Below, one piece after another: positions 25,725 to 44,897 of a DNA stretch of 64,000 nucleotides. Positions within the stretch are counted from its first letter, which is position 1. Each line of letters opens with the position of its first letter. This DNA comes from the human T2T-CHM13v2.0 reference genome, Homo sapiens. The stretch lies in NCBI RefSeq assembly GCF_009914755.1, contig NC_060931.1; one strand, 5' to 3'. The notes under the pieces were generated by a model that made no database searches, was not told where the DNA came from, and worked only from the letters and a program-made list of their open reading frames with translations. Both the position numbers and the translations under genes were made by a program.

Positions 25725-28700
25725 GGATTTAGAGCCAAGATGACTAGACACAGCCAAGAAGAACACCTTCAAGCAAGAGAGACAAGAACATTGGTAAGAC
25801 CAGCACTCTGTAAACATCTTCAGAGGGAAGGTACTGACAGTGGATGGAGGGGGGATGTAGATCCTCGAATGAAGGGGAAGGAAGATAGGAACTCTGTACA
25901 GGGTTGCTGATCACTGGAACTCATTCCTTGCTCCTCGAGGTTCCTGGAGAAAGGAGTGGCATGCTTGTAACACAGAGCTCTGGAATCCTAGCTGCAGGAA
26001 GCCTGCAACTCCTGTGGTCACTTGAGCTGGCAAGGAGAGCTGCTTGGAGAGGTGATAGGGGCAGGACTCAAGTCTGTGCATAGCCCAGAGGGTTTGGCGT
26101 GGAGCACAGCCAGGGACTCCTATCCCCCAAGGCTCACTGTGCTTCCAAATGTGGCTCTGGCCTTTGATGATGTTTCAATCTAGAAAGAACTGGAAGATAT
26201 TTCCTGTGGGATGAGGCCACTCTGATCTGAAAACACCCCTGTCTTCTGGCCTCTTCTGAGGCCACAGCCTGGCCACACCTGCTTGCAATGCAGCCCCAGA
26301 TGCCCAACCAGTGTGCTTCCTGAGTGTCATCACATAGCTCCTTCACTGACATACTGCACCTAACCATCAGAGAGCTCCAGCAGACAGCCCTGGCTGACAG
26401 GCACCCACCCACCTGCAGCCTCCCTCTGACACTTTGCCAGTGCGAACTTGCAGACAGCCCACCTCCACTACTTTGCTGGCCCACACTCACAGGTGGACAT
26501 TTGTTAACAGCGTCTGTCATGCTACTGCTAAGGTGCGAGCACACACATGGACACCATAGTACTCTCCTCACCAGCATGCCAACCCCAAAAACTTGTGAGC
26601 ACCCTGCCATGCCACTGCTATTGCTGATGTGCATAAGCAAGCACAGATCCTGCTGCCACTGCCCTTATGAAGTGTATTGGCCAGCACCCCCCAATGAAGT
26701 GTTGTTGCTAATGGAACAGGAATATGTTGGTCCCTCCAATGTAGCAGGTCCCTAACCTTGAGGGGCCAGAGAACAAAGCTGGGGGCCTGGTACCAGCCCC
26801 CTAGTGTTAGAGCACACAGCCCAGTAGTGCTGAGCTGAGGTTTGGTCCCCTAAATTCTTCCAGAAATTAAGCCAGTTTAGTGAACTCACCTTATACCACA
26901 ATCAAACCTTCAAGGGCATCAAAGAGGAAAAAAGCAAAAATATTCAGAGGACAGCAATGTCGAAGACTAAAGGAACATCAGCCCACACTGTTAAGAGAAC
27001 CAGTACTAGACCTCCAGCAACTCAAAGCCAGAGTGTCTTCTTACCTCCAATTGACCACACTAGTTCCCCAGCAAATAGTTCTTAACCAGACTTAAATGGC
27101 TACAATTACAGAAATAGAATTCAGAATCTGGATTGGAATGAAAATCATCAAGATTCTGGAGAAAGTTGAAACCCAATCCAAGGAGTCTAAGGAATCTAAT
27201 AAAATGAAACAAGAACATAAAGATTAAATAGCCATTTTAAGAAAGAACCAAATTGATCCAATCAAGCCAAAAACTCACTACAAGAATTTTATAATACTGT
27301 TATAAGAATTAACAGAAGAATGGACCCAGCTGAGGAAAGAAACAGAGCTTGAAGACTGGTTCTTTGGATCAATGAAGTCACACAGAAATAAAGAAGAAAA
27401 GAATATAGAAGAATAAACAAATCCCCCAAGGAATAAGAGATTCTGTAAAGGGACCCAATCTATGACTCATTCGCATGCTTGAAAGAGGGGAAGAGCAAGC
27501 AACTAGGAAAAAATATTTAAGGATATTGTCCATGAAAATTTTCCCAACTTCACTAGAGGGGCCAACATTCAAATATAGGAACTGCAGAGAACCCCTGAAA
27601 GTTACCATACAGGACTACCACCCTTAAGACACATAGTCATCAGATATACCAATGTCAACATGAAAGAAAAAATATTGAAGGCAGCTAGGGATACAGGGCA
27701 GGTCACTTACAAAGGGAAACCCATCAGGCTAACAGCAGACATTTCAGCAGAAACCTTACAAGCCAGAAGAGATTAGGATTCTATAATTCAGCATTCTTAA
27801 AGAAAAATTCCAACCAAGTATTTAATATACAACCAAACTAAGCTTCGTAAACAAATGAGAAATAAGATTCTTTTCAGACAGGCAAATGCTAACGGAATTT
27901 ATTACCACTAGATCTGCCTTACAAGAGATCTCTAAAGGACTGTAAAATATGGAAAAGAATGACCATTACCAGCCACCACAACAAAACAAAAACAAACAAA
28001 AACACTTAAATACATAGACCATTAACACTATAAAGCAACAACAAATCAAGTCTTTATAAAACCCAGCTAACAACATAATGACAGAATCAAATCTGCATAT
28101 ATAAATATTAACCTTGAATGTAAATGGGCTAAATGCCCCGATTAAAAGACACGGGATGACAAGTTGGATTAAAAAAAAAAGCAAGACCTAATGGTATGCT
28201 GTCTTCAAGAGACCCATCTCAGATGCAATGACATTCATAGTTTCAAAGTTAAGGGATAGAGAAAAACCTACCAAGGAAAAGAAAAAACAGCAGGGTTTTT
28301 CCCCCTAATTTCAAACAAAATAGAATTTAAACCAACAATGATAAAAAAAGCTAAAGAAGGACATTACATAATGATAAAGTTTTCAATTCAACAAGAAGAC
28401 CTAATTATCGTAAATATATATGCACTCAACAAGGGAGCACTCAGGTTCATAAAGGAAGTTCTTAGAGACTGTGAAGAGACTTAGATAACAAAGCAATAAT
28501 AATAGGAGACTTCAACACCTCACTAACAATATTGACCTGATCTTCAAGGCAGAAGACTAATAAAGATTGTCAAGACCTTGACACTTAACAAAACAGGCCT
28601 AACAGAAATCTGCACAACTCTCCACACCAAAATAACAGAATGTACGTTCTTCTCATCTGCAGATGACACATACTCTAAAATAGGCCTAACAGAAATCTGC

Positions 28701-31700
28701 ACATCTCTCCACACCAAAACAACAGAATGTACATTCTTCTCATCTGCAGATGACACATACTCTAAAATTGGGCACACATTTTGCCATCACAAAATTTTCA
28801 GCAAATTAAAAATAAACTGAAATAATACCAACCACATTGTCTGACCCCAACACAAGAAAAATAGAAATAAATACAAGGAGGATCACTCAAAACCATACAA
28901 TTAAATGGAAATTTAACAACATGATTTGGAATGACTTTTGGGTAAACAATGAAATTAAGGCAAAAAATGAAAAAATATTTCCAAGTAATGAAAACAGATA
29001 CAACATACCAGAATCTCTAGAACATAGCTAAAGTAGTGTTGATAGGGAATTTTATAGCACTAAACATCCACATCAAAGAGTTAGAAAGATCTCAAATTAA
29101 CTTATCATCATGCCTAGAGGAACTAGAAAAATAAGAGTAAACCAACCCCAAAGGCAGCACCAAAATCAGAGGCTGAACTAAATGAAATTGACATGGTAAA
29201 AAACACACAAAACAGCAACAAAATCAGACTTTGGTTCTTTGAAAGAACAAATAAAATTGGTAGACCACTAGTTAGACTAATAAAAAAGAAGATAACATAA
29301 TCAGAAATAACAAAGGCGTTATACCCTTGAACCGACAGAAATACAAAAAACCATCTGAGACTATTACAATCGTCTCTATGCACAGCATACAAACTGGAAT
29401 ACCTACAAAAAATGCATAATGCCTGGAAATACACAACCTTCCAAGATTGAACCAGGGTGAAATTTAAAACCTGAACAAACCAATAATGAGTTCTAAAATT
29501 GAATTGGTAATAAAAAGCCTACCAACAAGAAAAAGCCCTGGACCAGACAGATTCACAGTTGAATTGTACAAATGTACAAAGATGTAGTACCATTGCAACT
29601 TAAATTATTCCAAAAAATTGAGGGCAGGGACTTCTCCTTAACCCATATGAGGCCAGCATCATTCTAATACCAAAGCCTGGCAGAGACACAATGAACAAAG
29701 AAAACTACAGGCCAATATCCTTGATGAACACAGATGCATAATTTCTCCACAAAATACTAGCAAACCAAATCCAGCAGAACATCAAAAAACTAATCCACCA
29801 TGATCAAGTAGGCTTTATCCCCGGGATGCCAGGTTGGTTCAACATATGCAAATCAATAAATGTGATTCACCACATAAATAGAACTAAAAAACAATAACCA
29901 CATGGCCATTTCAATACATACAGAAATGGTTTTCAATACAATTTAACATTATTCATGTTAAAAACCTTAAAAAAACTAGTCATTGAAGAAACATACCTCA
30001 AAATAATAAGAAACATCTTTGACAAACCTACAACCAACAACATACTGAATGGCAAAGGTTGGAAGCATTCCCCTTGAGAACCAGAACAAGACAAAGATGC
30101 CCACTCTCACCACTCGTATTCAACATAGTACTGGAAGCCCTACATGGAGCAATCAGGCAAGAGAAAGAAATTGAAGGCATTCAAAGAGAAAGGGAGGAAG
30201 TTAAACTATCTCTGTTTACAGATGATATGATTCTATACCTAGAAAACCCCATAGTCTCTGCCCAAAAACTCGTAGGTTTGATAAACAACTTTAGCTGAGT
30301 TTTAGGACACAAATATTAATGTTCAAAAATCGGTAGCATTTCCATACAAAATAGCATCAAAGCTGAGAGCCAAATCAAGAACACAATCAAAATCACAATA
30401 GACATACACAAAAATATAATACCTAGAAATACAGCTAGCTAGGGAGGTGAAAGATCTCTACAATGAGAATTAAAAAACACTGGTGAAAGAAAACAAAGAT
30501 AACACAAACAAATGGAAAAACATTCCATGCTCATGGATAGGAAGAATCAATATTGTTAAAATGGCCATACCATTCAAAGCAATTTACAGATTCAATGATA
30601 TTTCTATCAAACTACCTACAACATTTTTCACAAAATTAGAAAATCTGTTCTGAAATTCATATAGATCCCCCCAACAAAGCTCAAATAGCAAAAGCAATCC
30701 TATGCAGAAAACATAAAGCTGGAGGCATCACATTCCCCAAATTCAACTTATACTACAAGTCTACAGTAACCAAAACAACATGGTACTGCTACAGAAACAT
30801 GCACATAGACCAATGGAACAGAATAGAGGGTCCAGAAATAATGCCACACACCTACAACCATCTGACCTCAGACAAAGTCAACTGAAACAGGCAATGGGGA
30901 ATAGACTCCTTATTCAATAAATGGTGCTGGGATAACTGGCTAGTCACATGAAAAGTATTTAATCTGGACCACTTCCTTTTACTAGGTACAAAAATCAACT
31001 CAAGATGGATGAAAGAATTAAATGTAAAACTTAAAATTACAAAAACCCTAGAAGAAAACCTAAGAAATACCATTCTGGATATTGGCCCTGGCAAAGACTT
31101 TATAATAAAGATTCAAAAAGCAATTCCACAGTAACAGAAACGATCAACAGAGTAAACAGACAACCTACAGAATTGCACAGAAAAAGAAACTATCAACAAA
31201 GTAAACAGATAACCTACAGAATGGGAGAAAATACTTGCAAACTATGCAACTGACAAGGGTCTAGCAACCACAATCTATAAGGACTTTAAACACATGAACA
31301 AGCAAAAAACAAACAACTACATTAAAAAGGGGGCAAAAACATGAACAGATACTTCTCAAAAGAAGACATACACATGGCAACAAGGCCATGCGAAAATGCT
31401 CACCATTGCTAATCGTTAGAGAAATGCAAATCAAAATTACAGTAAGATGCCATCTCACATCAATCAGAATGGTCATTATTAAAAGTCAAAAAGTAACAAA
31501 TGCTGGCAAGGTTTTAGAGTAAAAGTAACGCTTATACGCTGCTGGTAGGAATGTAAATTAATTCAGCCACTGTGAAAAGCAGTTTGGCTATTTCTCAAAT
31601 AAACTAACACCATCTGAATCAGCAATCACATTACTAGGTGTATATCCAAAGGAATATAAATAATTCTATAATAAAAACAGATGTATACATATGTTCATCA

Positions 31701-32150
31701 CAGCACTATTCAAAATAGCAAAGACATGCAATCAACCTAAATGCCCATCAACGATAGACTGGATAAAGAAAATGTGGTACATATTCACCATGGAATACTA
31801 CAGAGCCATAAAATGAACAAGATCATGTCCTTTGCAGCAACATGAATGGAGCTGGAGTCCATTATCCTAAGTGAACTAATGTAGAAATAGAAAATGAAAT
31901 ACTGCATGTTCTCAGTTATAAATGGGAGCTAAATATTGAGTACATATGGACACATAGAAGGGAACAATAGACACCAGGGCTTTCTTGAGGGTGGTGGTTG
32001 AGAGGAGGGTGAGTCTTGAAAAGCTACCTGTTAGGTACTATGCTTATTTCCTGGGTAACAAAATAATCTGTACACCAAACCCCTGTGACACACAACTTAC
32101 CTATATAACAAATGTGCATATGTACCCCTGAAGCTAAATAATACTAAAAC
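25725..32150 (+). mobile_element. Near full-length (about 6.4 kb) decayed L1PA15/16-like LINE-1 nested in the L1MA
   Basis: Starts gagccaagatgact; C-rich 5'UTR, ORF1, ORF2 (accttgaatgtaaatgggctaaatgcccc at about 28.1 kb; RT motif [13 protein letters not shown] in ORF 30059..30298), and 3'UTR ending aataatctgtacaccaaacccc...tgtacccctgaa. Confidence 0.92.
28595..28768. repeat. 87-bp tandem duplication in L1 ORF2 (endonuclease region)
   Basis: aggcctaacagaaatctgc...tactctaaaat at 28595 and 28682, 3 mismatches. Confidence 0.97.
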
Positions 32151-36172
<4,022 letters not shown>

Positions 36173-37434
36173 AGTTTGACTTTTTTCTACAGCAATTAAT
36201 AAGAAATGAGACTAGAGTCTTATTCTTCTTTTGCTTTTCTTACTTTTGATATCACATAAAAAGTACAAGGAATTTTCTACTCAACTTGAAGTTCCTACTC
36301 ACCTGCTCACCCATTTCACAGTATCAGTTGGCACATATTAAAGTGTCATGTTCAAAGTATTGTGCTGCTGCTGACGTTTATAAGTGTGAGTTGATTGGAA
36401 AAAGTCATAATTCGGCTTCCTCTGAAAATCACCTATCAAGATGCAAAAATCTAAAGCTTTCCCTCAGGGAACTCATCTAAATTCCATCTTTGCCTGTCAT
36501 TTTTTCTCAGTTCCTGTCATTAAAATACATAGTACCTATTGATCATTCTGCCATATTTTTAGAGTGCTTTTGAAACTGGAAATCTGTGAACTTAATTTTA
36601 TTATTTAGAGTATTTTGAAAAAGGTCTTCATTCAGCTTTGCTACATGTACATAAAAGTTACCTTCAAAGGCAGAACCAGCCATCCAGTAGGTAAGGTAAG
36701 CGGATTAGGGATCACACACTTGGTATGATTTGAGTAGTTCTGGGAAGTCCCATCTCCCCCAATCAATAATGCAGTTTGCTTATGCTTAGAATTTAATTCC
36801 TAGAGTTCCAAACTTTTGGGCTTTGTAGATAAGAATTTGTGAACAGTACTCCTGGGAGAAATAACAGAATATCTAAAGGTCATTTATTCTTTATAGATAC
36901 ATGAAAATTCCTTTTCAGAGAGCAAATTTCCAGAAGAAAAAAGATGAGAAACTAAAAAGATCTTGAGACTAGAAAACAGGATAGAGAAAATGGTTTCCGC
37001 AAGGATATAAAGAAGAAATAGTTCTGGAATATTGAAATGTTACCAAATTTACCTACTTCACAGATTTGCTTTATACTAACCTCAGAAGAGAGCCACTTCC
37101 GTTGAAGTAGACCATTTCCTCTGAAGGGCTACATTACTGAACATGTTTGCAATGGTAAAAGTGTCTGCTTTGAGAGAAGAGTCATTCTTAGATGTTAGTC
37201 TCTGATTTAATTAGACAGCTGGAAGAAAAGCGATCTTTAATTAATGCTTAAATTTCCATGCTAAGTGTCCTTAAGAACAGAAGAAGCGCCCTCAATGATA
37301 GAGTCAAGGCTATGGCTCATTCACCCAATGGTAGGAAACAACCAACCACAACTTCGAATTTACTCTACAACAGCATTTAGCCTCACAAGAAAAGTTCTCC
37401 AAAAAAAGTTTTTCTTACCTTTGTCTGACTACTT

Positions 37435-37745
37435 GCTTAGGATGCTGTCAGGCTGCTGGAAAAATAAACTGAGTAGCTTATAAACAACAGGGATTTATTT
37501 CTCATAGTTCTGGAGGTTGAAATTTCCAAGATGTAGGAACTAGCAGATTCATTGTTGGATGATGGCCAACTTTCTGATTCATAAATGGTGGCTTATCGCT
37601 GTGTCCTCACTAGGTGGAAGGGGGAAACAAGCACCCTCTTGCCTCTTTTGTAAGGGCAAAGGCCTATCTCTAAATACCACCACTTTGGAGGTTAGGATTT
37701 CAACATATTAATTTTTGGGGGAACCCAAACATTCAGATTATAACA
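37435..37745 (-). mobile_element. MLT1A-family solo LTR
   Basis: gcttataaacaacagggatttatttctcatagttctggagg...gttaggatttcaacatattaatttttggggg...aaacattcagattataaca. Confidence 0.82.
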
Positions 37746-38033
37746 GTTACCAATTCTGATCATGAATTACTGAATGGAGTTGACATTGCTCTGTTTTTTC
37801 ACTACTAAACTCAGCTAACTTCAATCAACCATTTCATAACTTGACGCTGGCAATTACTAGATGAATAAAAAAAGAATTAAACAACATAAACTAAGAAGTA
37901 AAATGAGACTGCACACCTGAATTTTTCTATTAGACTACGACTAATGAGATTTCAAAAAAGTCCTTCCATTTTTCCAGGTTTCAGTTGTCCTCTTGAGTAA
38001 AAGAAGAGGGTTGCTCTCAATGATATCTATAAT

Positions 38034-38160
38034 TAGGGTGAGGTATATCTTCCGAGGAAGAACTATTTTGAGAGCAGAAGGAAGCAGTATTAATAACTGC
38101 ACCAAAAACACAGGCAAAAACAAGGTATGCTCAGGAAAACTAGTATGTTATGATTACCCC
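38034..38160. mobile_element. Small hAT-Blackjack-type MITE (MER81-like)
   Basis: Ends tagggtga ... ttacccc with internal ttttgagag...tattaataa...acaggc pattern. Confidence 0.5.
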
Positions 38161-39253
38161 ACCTAAAATGTACAGACACCTCTTGGAAGTTCTTACCAGT
38201 GCAGTGTCTAGGAATTTGTCTCCTCCTCATAACAGTGATGAGGGCTCAGAAGCCGTTCTACACAATGTTACTCTTATGTGTAGCCATAATTAGCTGCTTG
38301 AGTGGTAAACAATGGAGTTCTTCATCTGGCAAGCTAGAATTGGAACTTAAACATTATAGTTTCCATCTGCCTGTTAACTTTAAAGGAGAAGTTTTAATAC
38401 TGGAAATACGTATTCAGAAACCAAAAAAGTCATTCTGAATGTGAGAGTAGAGTGAAGCAGGTAGAACATTTATTGCTGTCACATTTACTTAGCACAGTGG
38501 TCACCATAACATAGACACTCAGCAAAACTCTTTTAAATGAATCTTCTGTTTCTTAGCTGATCATTAAATAGTGTTTGACAGATCTCAAACCCTGTTTTCA
38601 GCCTTTGATCATTATAAGTAATCCAGAATGGAAAACTTATTTCCAATAAAGATTCAAGGTGACTCATAATATTAATATATTTATTAAAAATAAGGAATAA
38701 AGTGCTAGCGAACTTCTTGATGGTAAGAGAGAAATGTATAAGGAGCTTTGTTTCAATAACTTGTGGATTCTGAACATTAAATATTCTTTTATTTTTTTAC
38801 TTTTTTGTGGTGAGATAAGGGAGGAGAGAGGTGTTTCATGAAAAAGAAAACAATTCCTGGAGAGAGATTTATTCATTAGTGTTGCAAAAGCATCACAGAA
38901 CAGCAGGAAAGACACTCAGCCTCGGGAAGAAAGAGAACAAGGACAGGTGTGGGGACCTCAGCAGAGGAGTTCATAGATCGTTTCTCTAGAACATGGCTAT
39001 TAACATGCCTTAGCTCAGTCCAGTCCTGTGGCTCTTTCTTCAGGTTTTTATTCCCTGGAAGAGATAAAATTGACAAAATTTCATTCCATTGCTTTTATTT
39101 CTAGACCAATCAGCTATATTGGGAAAAGAAGAATCATTTGTCATAGATATGGCCATTGAAGAATTTACTGTGAGTCAAGTAGCCATCTAAATGTATGTGC
39201 CAAATACAATGTTGCATCTCAAATTTAAAAAAAAATTAAAAAAAATATGGGAG

Positions 39254-39652
39254 TGTTACAGCCAAGTAAATATGATCTGATAAGGACTCCATACTTCTAT
39301 ATTTGAGTCCTTCTGGACAAACTGTAACCTAACTTAATAAGTAGACAAGATTGAAAACCTAACTAGGAGTGTGCACCTGTAACAATAGCTGAGCCTTGGC
39401 CAATCCCAGCAGCCGTACTTCAACCACTCATACACTGCTGAGTGTTCAAATAAGGCAAATGCCAACCTCTAACCAAACCAGCTGCTTCTGTACCTCACTT
39501 CCAGTTTCTGTAGGTCACTTCTCTTTTTTTTTGTCTATAAATCTTCTTCCACCACATGGCTGCGCTGGAGCCTCTCTGAATCTGCTGTGATTTTGAGGCT
39601 GCCTTATTCACAGATCATTCATTGCTCAATTAAACTCCTTTAAATTTAATTC
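39254..39652 (+). mobile_element. MER57-family solo LTR (ERV1)
   Basis: aaggactccatacttctatatttgagtcctt, agacaagattgaaaacctaac, cttggccaatcccagc, ttcattgctcaattaaactcctttaaatttaattc. Confidence 0.88.
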
Positions 39653-39654
39653 AT

Positions 39655-40060
39655 TTGAGTTTTCCAAGGCACAGACCCTGAGAAAAGTATTTGAGTATAA
39701 GAAATTTATTTGGAAGACAATCCTTGAAAATGCCAGTAGAGAAAAAGGAAAAGAGGCCAATGAAGAATATTTTATCAAGCAAGCTACTGCTGTGAGCAAA
39801 CAGACCTTAATATCACTAAAAGGCTCTGAGAAACAATGTAGAACATACACCAACTCATTGGTGTTATCAATGGAGCCATGCTTCTGGGGAGAATTCGTTC
39901 TCTTATACTTCTGTCCTGATTGTGCAGAGACAGAGTAGGTATCAGCAGTCAGGTTAAACAGCTTGAGCAAAGAGAGATTGTGCTGTTGGTTGTGAGTAGT
40001 CCTGTAAGCAAGTAAATAGTAAATCACTCAGGAGGGAATATTGGTGCAATATAATAGCAC
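39655..40060 (-). mobile_element. LTR33-like ERVL LTR, diverged
   Basis: cagaccctgagaaaagtatttgagtataagaaatttatttgg...gccaatgaag...ttatcaagcaagctactgctgtg...tgtagaaca. Confidence 0.6.
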
Positions 40061-40290
40061 AGTCTTTGGGACAGTTTGGTACTGGGAAAAATAAAGTTAG
40101 ATCTTTAACCCAGGTATTTCGTTTGAAAAAATTATGTGGCTTAATGAGTAACTCATAAAAAATCAAGCTGTGATGATCTTATAATAAGGAATATCAGGTT
40201 ATTTAACATCAAATAAAATGTGATTGACATTTTATTATAAATAAAGTTAAATAATTTAACTAATAAAGTTAAAGGCATGCTATGAACTAG

Positions 40291-40642
<352 letters not shown>

Positions 40643-41504
40643 TAAAATTATGTCTTAATAAGAATACATTGTTCACCCCAGTGGAAAAATAAACTGTGGA
40701 CAATAAAACTGAAATGCAAATGCCAATAAAATTATGGAAATATATTTAATTTTTCTTCTAATTAGACAGCTAAACACACTAGTTTTTGCCTACTGAATTA
40801 GTAAATTTTAGAAAATCAAATCTTAAATGGACCTATAAATCAGTCGATTCTTTCTAGATTTACTTTGTAAATTTCACTCATCTTCTTTTGTGGTAGCTAA
40901 AATAACTATTGTATTAATTATTCTGCCAGTTTTTCCATTTTTGATTCTCACAAAGATCCTTCCAAAGTAAGCATTCCAACTGACATAAATATGCATAGGA
41001 TGTAAGTGTTGGCTCCCAAACACCATAGAATTTATTTTGTAAAGTTCTGCTTTTCCACATTTTCTAAAATTGCTTCTGCAACAGGCAAATAGCAAGGTCT
41101 CTTTATTTGAGGAGATAAATTTGATTGTGGAGTCTTTGAAAATCAAAAAAAAGGGAATTGTTTATCAGTTTATTATCAGGCTATTTATCTGTTTGTCATC
41201 CCACTCCATGAAAAGGAGAAGTTATATAATGAAAATCATGTGCAGAAAAAAAATTGTATTTTGGCAGATTTGGGAAGATTATTTGGCATGGAAAGAACCA
41301 GAAATAGCAAGGTAACCTGGGAATGTGACTTAGAATGATGAAAGTGAGAATTGAGGGTGATAATGGTCAGAGAGGAAAAGATGTTTACAAACAATATATA
41401 TTTTATATATCGTATATATAAATATATTAATATGTATTTTTATTATCAATTTTATTATTTTATTATCAGTTGGTTTCCCTGGTATATCCTACATCTTCAG
41501 GCAA

Positions 41505-41888
41505 TATATATATATATGTATATGAGTTGAGTGTTCAAACTGTGTTCAAATAAAGCAAATGCCAACCTATAACCAAACCAGCTGTTTCTGTACCTCACTT
41601 CCAATTTCTGTGTATATACATACAGGTTAAACAAGGAAAATCAGTTGATAATAAAATGCCTATAATTAAGCTACATTTAGAATATGTCAGTAAATTTATA
41701 TATATATATGTATATGAGTTGAGTGCTCAAACTGTGTTCAAATAAAGCAAATGCCAACCTATAACCAAACCAGCTGTTTCTGTACCTCACTTCCAATTTC
41801 TGTGTATATACATACAGGTTAAACAAGGAAAATCAGTTGATAATAAAATGCCTATAATTAAGCTACATTTAGAATATGTCAGTAAATT
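41505..41888. repeat. 192-bp tandem duplication containing a MER57 LTR fragment
   Basis: 41505-41696 and 41697-41888 differ at one base (gagtgttcaa/gagtgctcaa). Confidence 0.97.
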
Positions 41889-41996
41889 GACAACATTAAT
41901 GAGGATATGCATTATTCTGGAATGAACATGTTCCTCCCCAAATAGTTTCAAAAGAATGGAAAGCATAGCTTTCCATAATAATGGAAAGCTTCATTC

Positions 41997-42722
41997 CATA
42001 ATAATGAAGATGAAAGCTTGTAAAACATATGACATTGAAAATGCATTTTAACATTCATTGCGCAGTCATTAACTTTCTCTCTATACCTCTTTAAACTGTG
42101 TTTCAATCCAGTAGTGTGAAAGCTTGAAATTGTTGCTTGATATTCCAGAACATCTGGAAGCTTTGGATGAAACAAACTTCAGAAACAAACTTTTTTTTCC
42201 TTTTATATATAGAGAATTTTCTCAGAACGTAGGTTTAAAATTGTAAGGATAGATTGGCTTGCCTTCTATATTCCTTCCACATATGAAAAGGCTGATATAA
42301 GTATTTCTAAAATATAATTTGCCAAGAAACCCTGAATAAAGCCGAAAATACTAAAAGTAGAAAAAGTTTACTTAAGGGATACTTTTTAAAGATTTTTTAT
42401 TAAATGTGCAATGTCTAAATTGTAATTTTTATAGTAATCTAGTTTTTAGTGTATTTTAGTGTATTCAACTCTGCTGAAGTATACATATTTATTGGGAAAT
42501 TATGGTTATAATGCAAAATAAGAATGAATATTAATGTAACTTTACATGGCCTTAAAATTATTCATAATAATGAAGATGAAAGCTTGTAAAACATATGACA
42601 TTGAAAATGCATTTTAACATTCATTGTGCAGTCATTAACTTTCTCTCTATACCTCTTTAAACTGTGTTTCAATCCAGAAGTGTGAAAGCTTGAAATTGTT
42701 GCTTGATATTCCAGAACATCTG
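41997..42722. repeat. 160-bp dispersed direct repeat (41997-42156 and 42563-42722)
   Basis: cataataatgaagatgaaagc...ccagaacatctg occurs twice, 566-bp offset, 2 mismatches. Confidence 0.97.
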
Positions 42723-43204
42723 TATTTTTTAAGCAGGACTCTAATTTCCATCACCTAAGAGGCAGACAGGATATATCAGCAATGCAGGAAGGACAGAAAC
42801 AAGGAAGAGGAAGGGGCTCCACAGAATAACACAACAGTGCGAGGCACTGAGTATATATATGTTGCTCTGAAAAATTGAATGGTTAACAATAAGATAATAA
42901 ATAATATATTCATTAATATATTTAGTTATGAAGAAAATACACGGTTTTACTTATATGTGACACAATTGGCATAGTAATCAAGTTATTGTCCATTCAACTT
43001 ACAGTTTACTTCAAACTAAAGACTAATTTCCAAAGCAGAAAGGATATTTTGTCAAATGGTGACCTTGTGACTAACTCATGTGTATTCTATTCTTATAAAC
43101 ACTTTTTCTCTATGTGAAGAAAAGTGACAATTGTTTTTTCAATCTCTATTAATTTATTTTTCAAAATTCATTACTTGTACAATTTATTTTCCAAGCTAAT
43201 TCTT

Positions 43205-44897
<1,693 letters not shown>

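Noticed and set aside
26134-26755. Overlapping 168-aa and 143-aa ORFs on opposite strands
   Set aside because: They lie in the GC-richer L1 5'UTR where stops are rarer, and show no recognisable protein motifs.
36685-36702. Tandem strong splice donors tag|gtaagg and aag|gtaagc
   Set aside because: No convincing upstream acceptor or exon; expected by chance.
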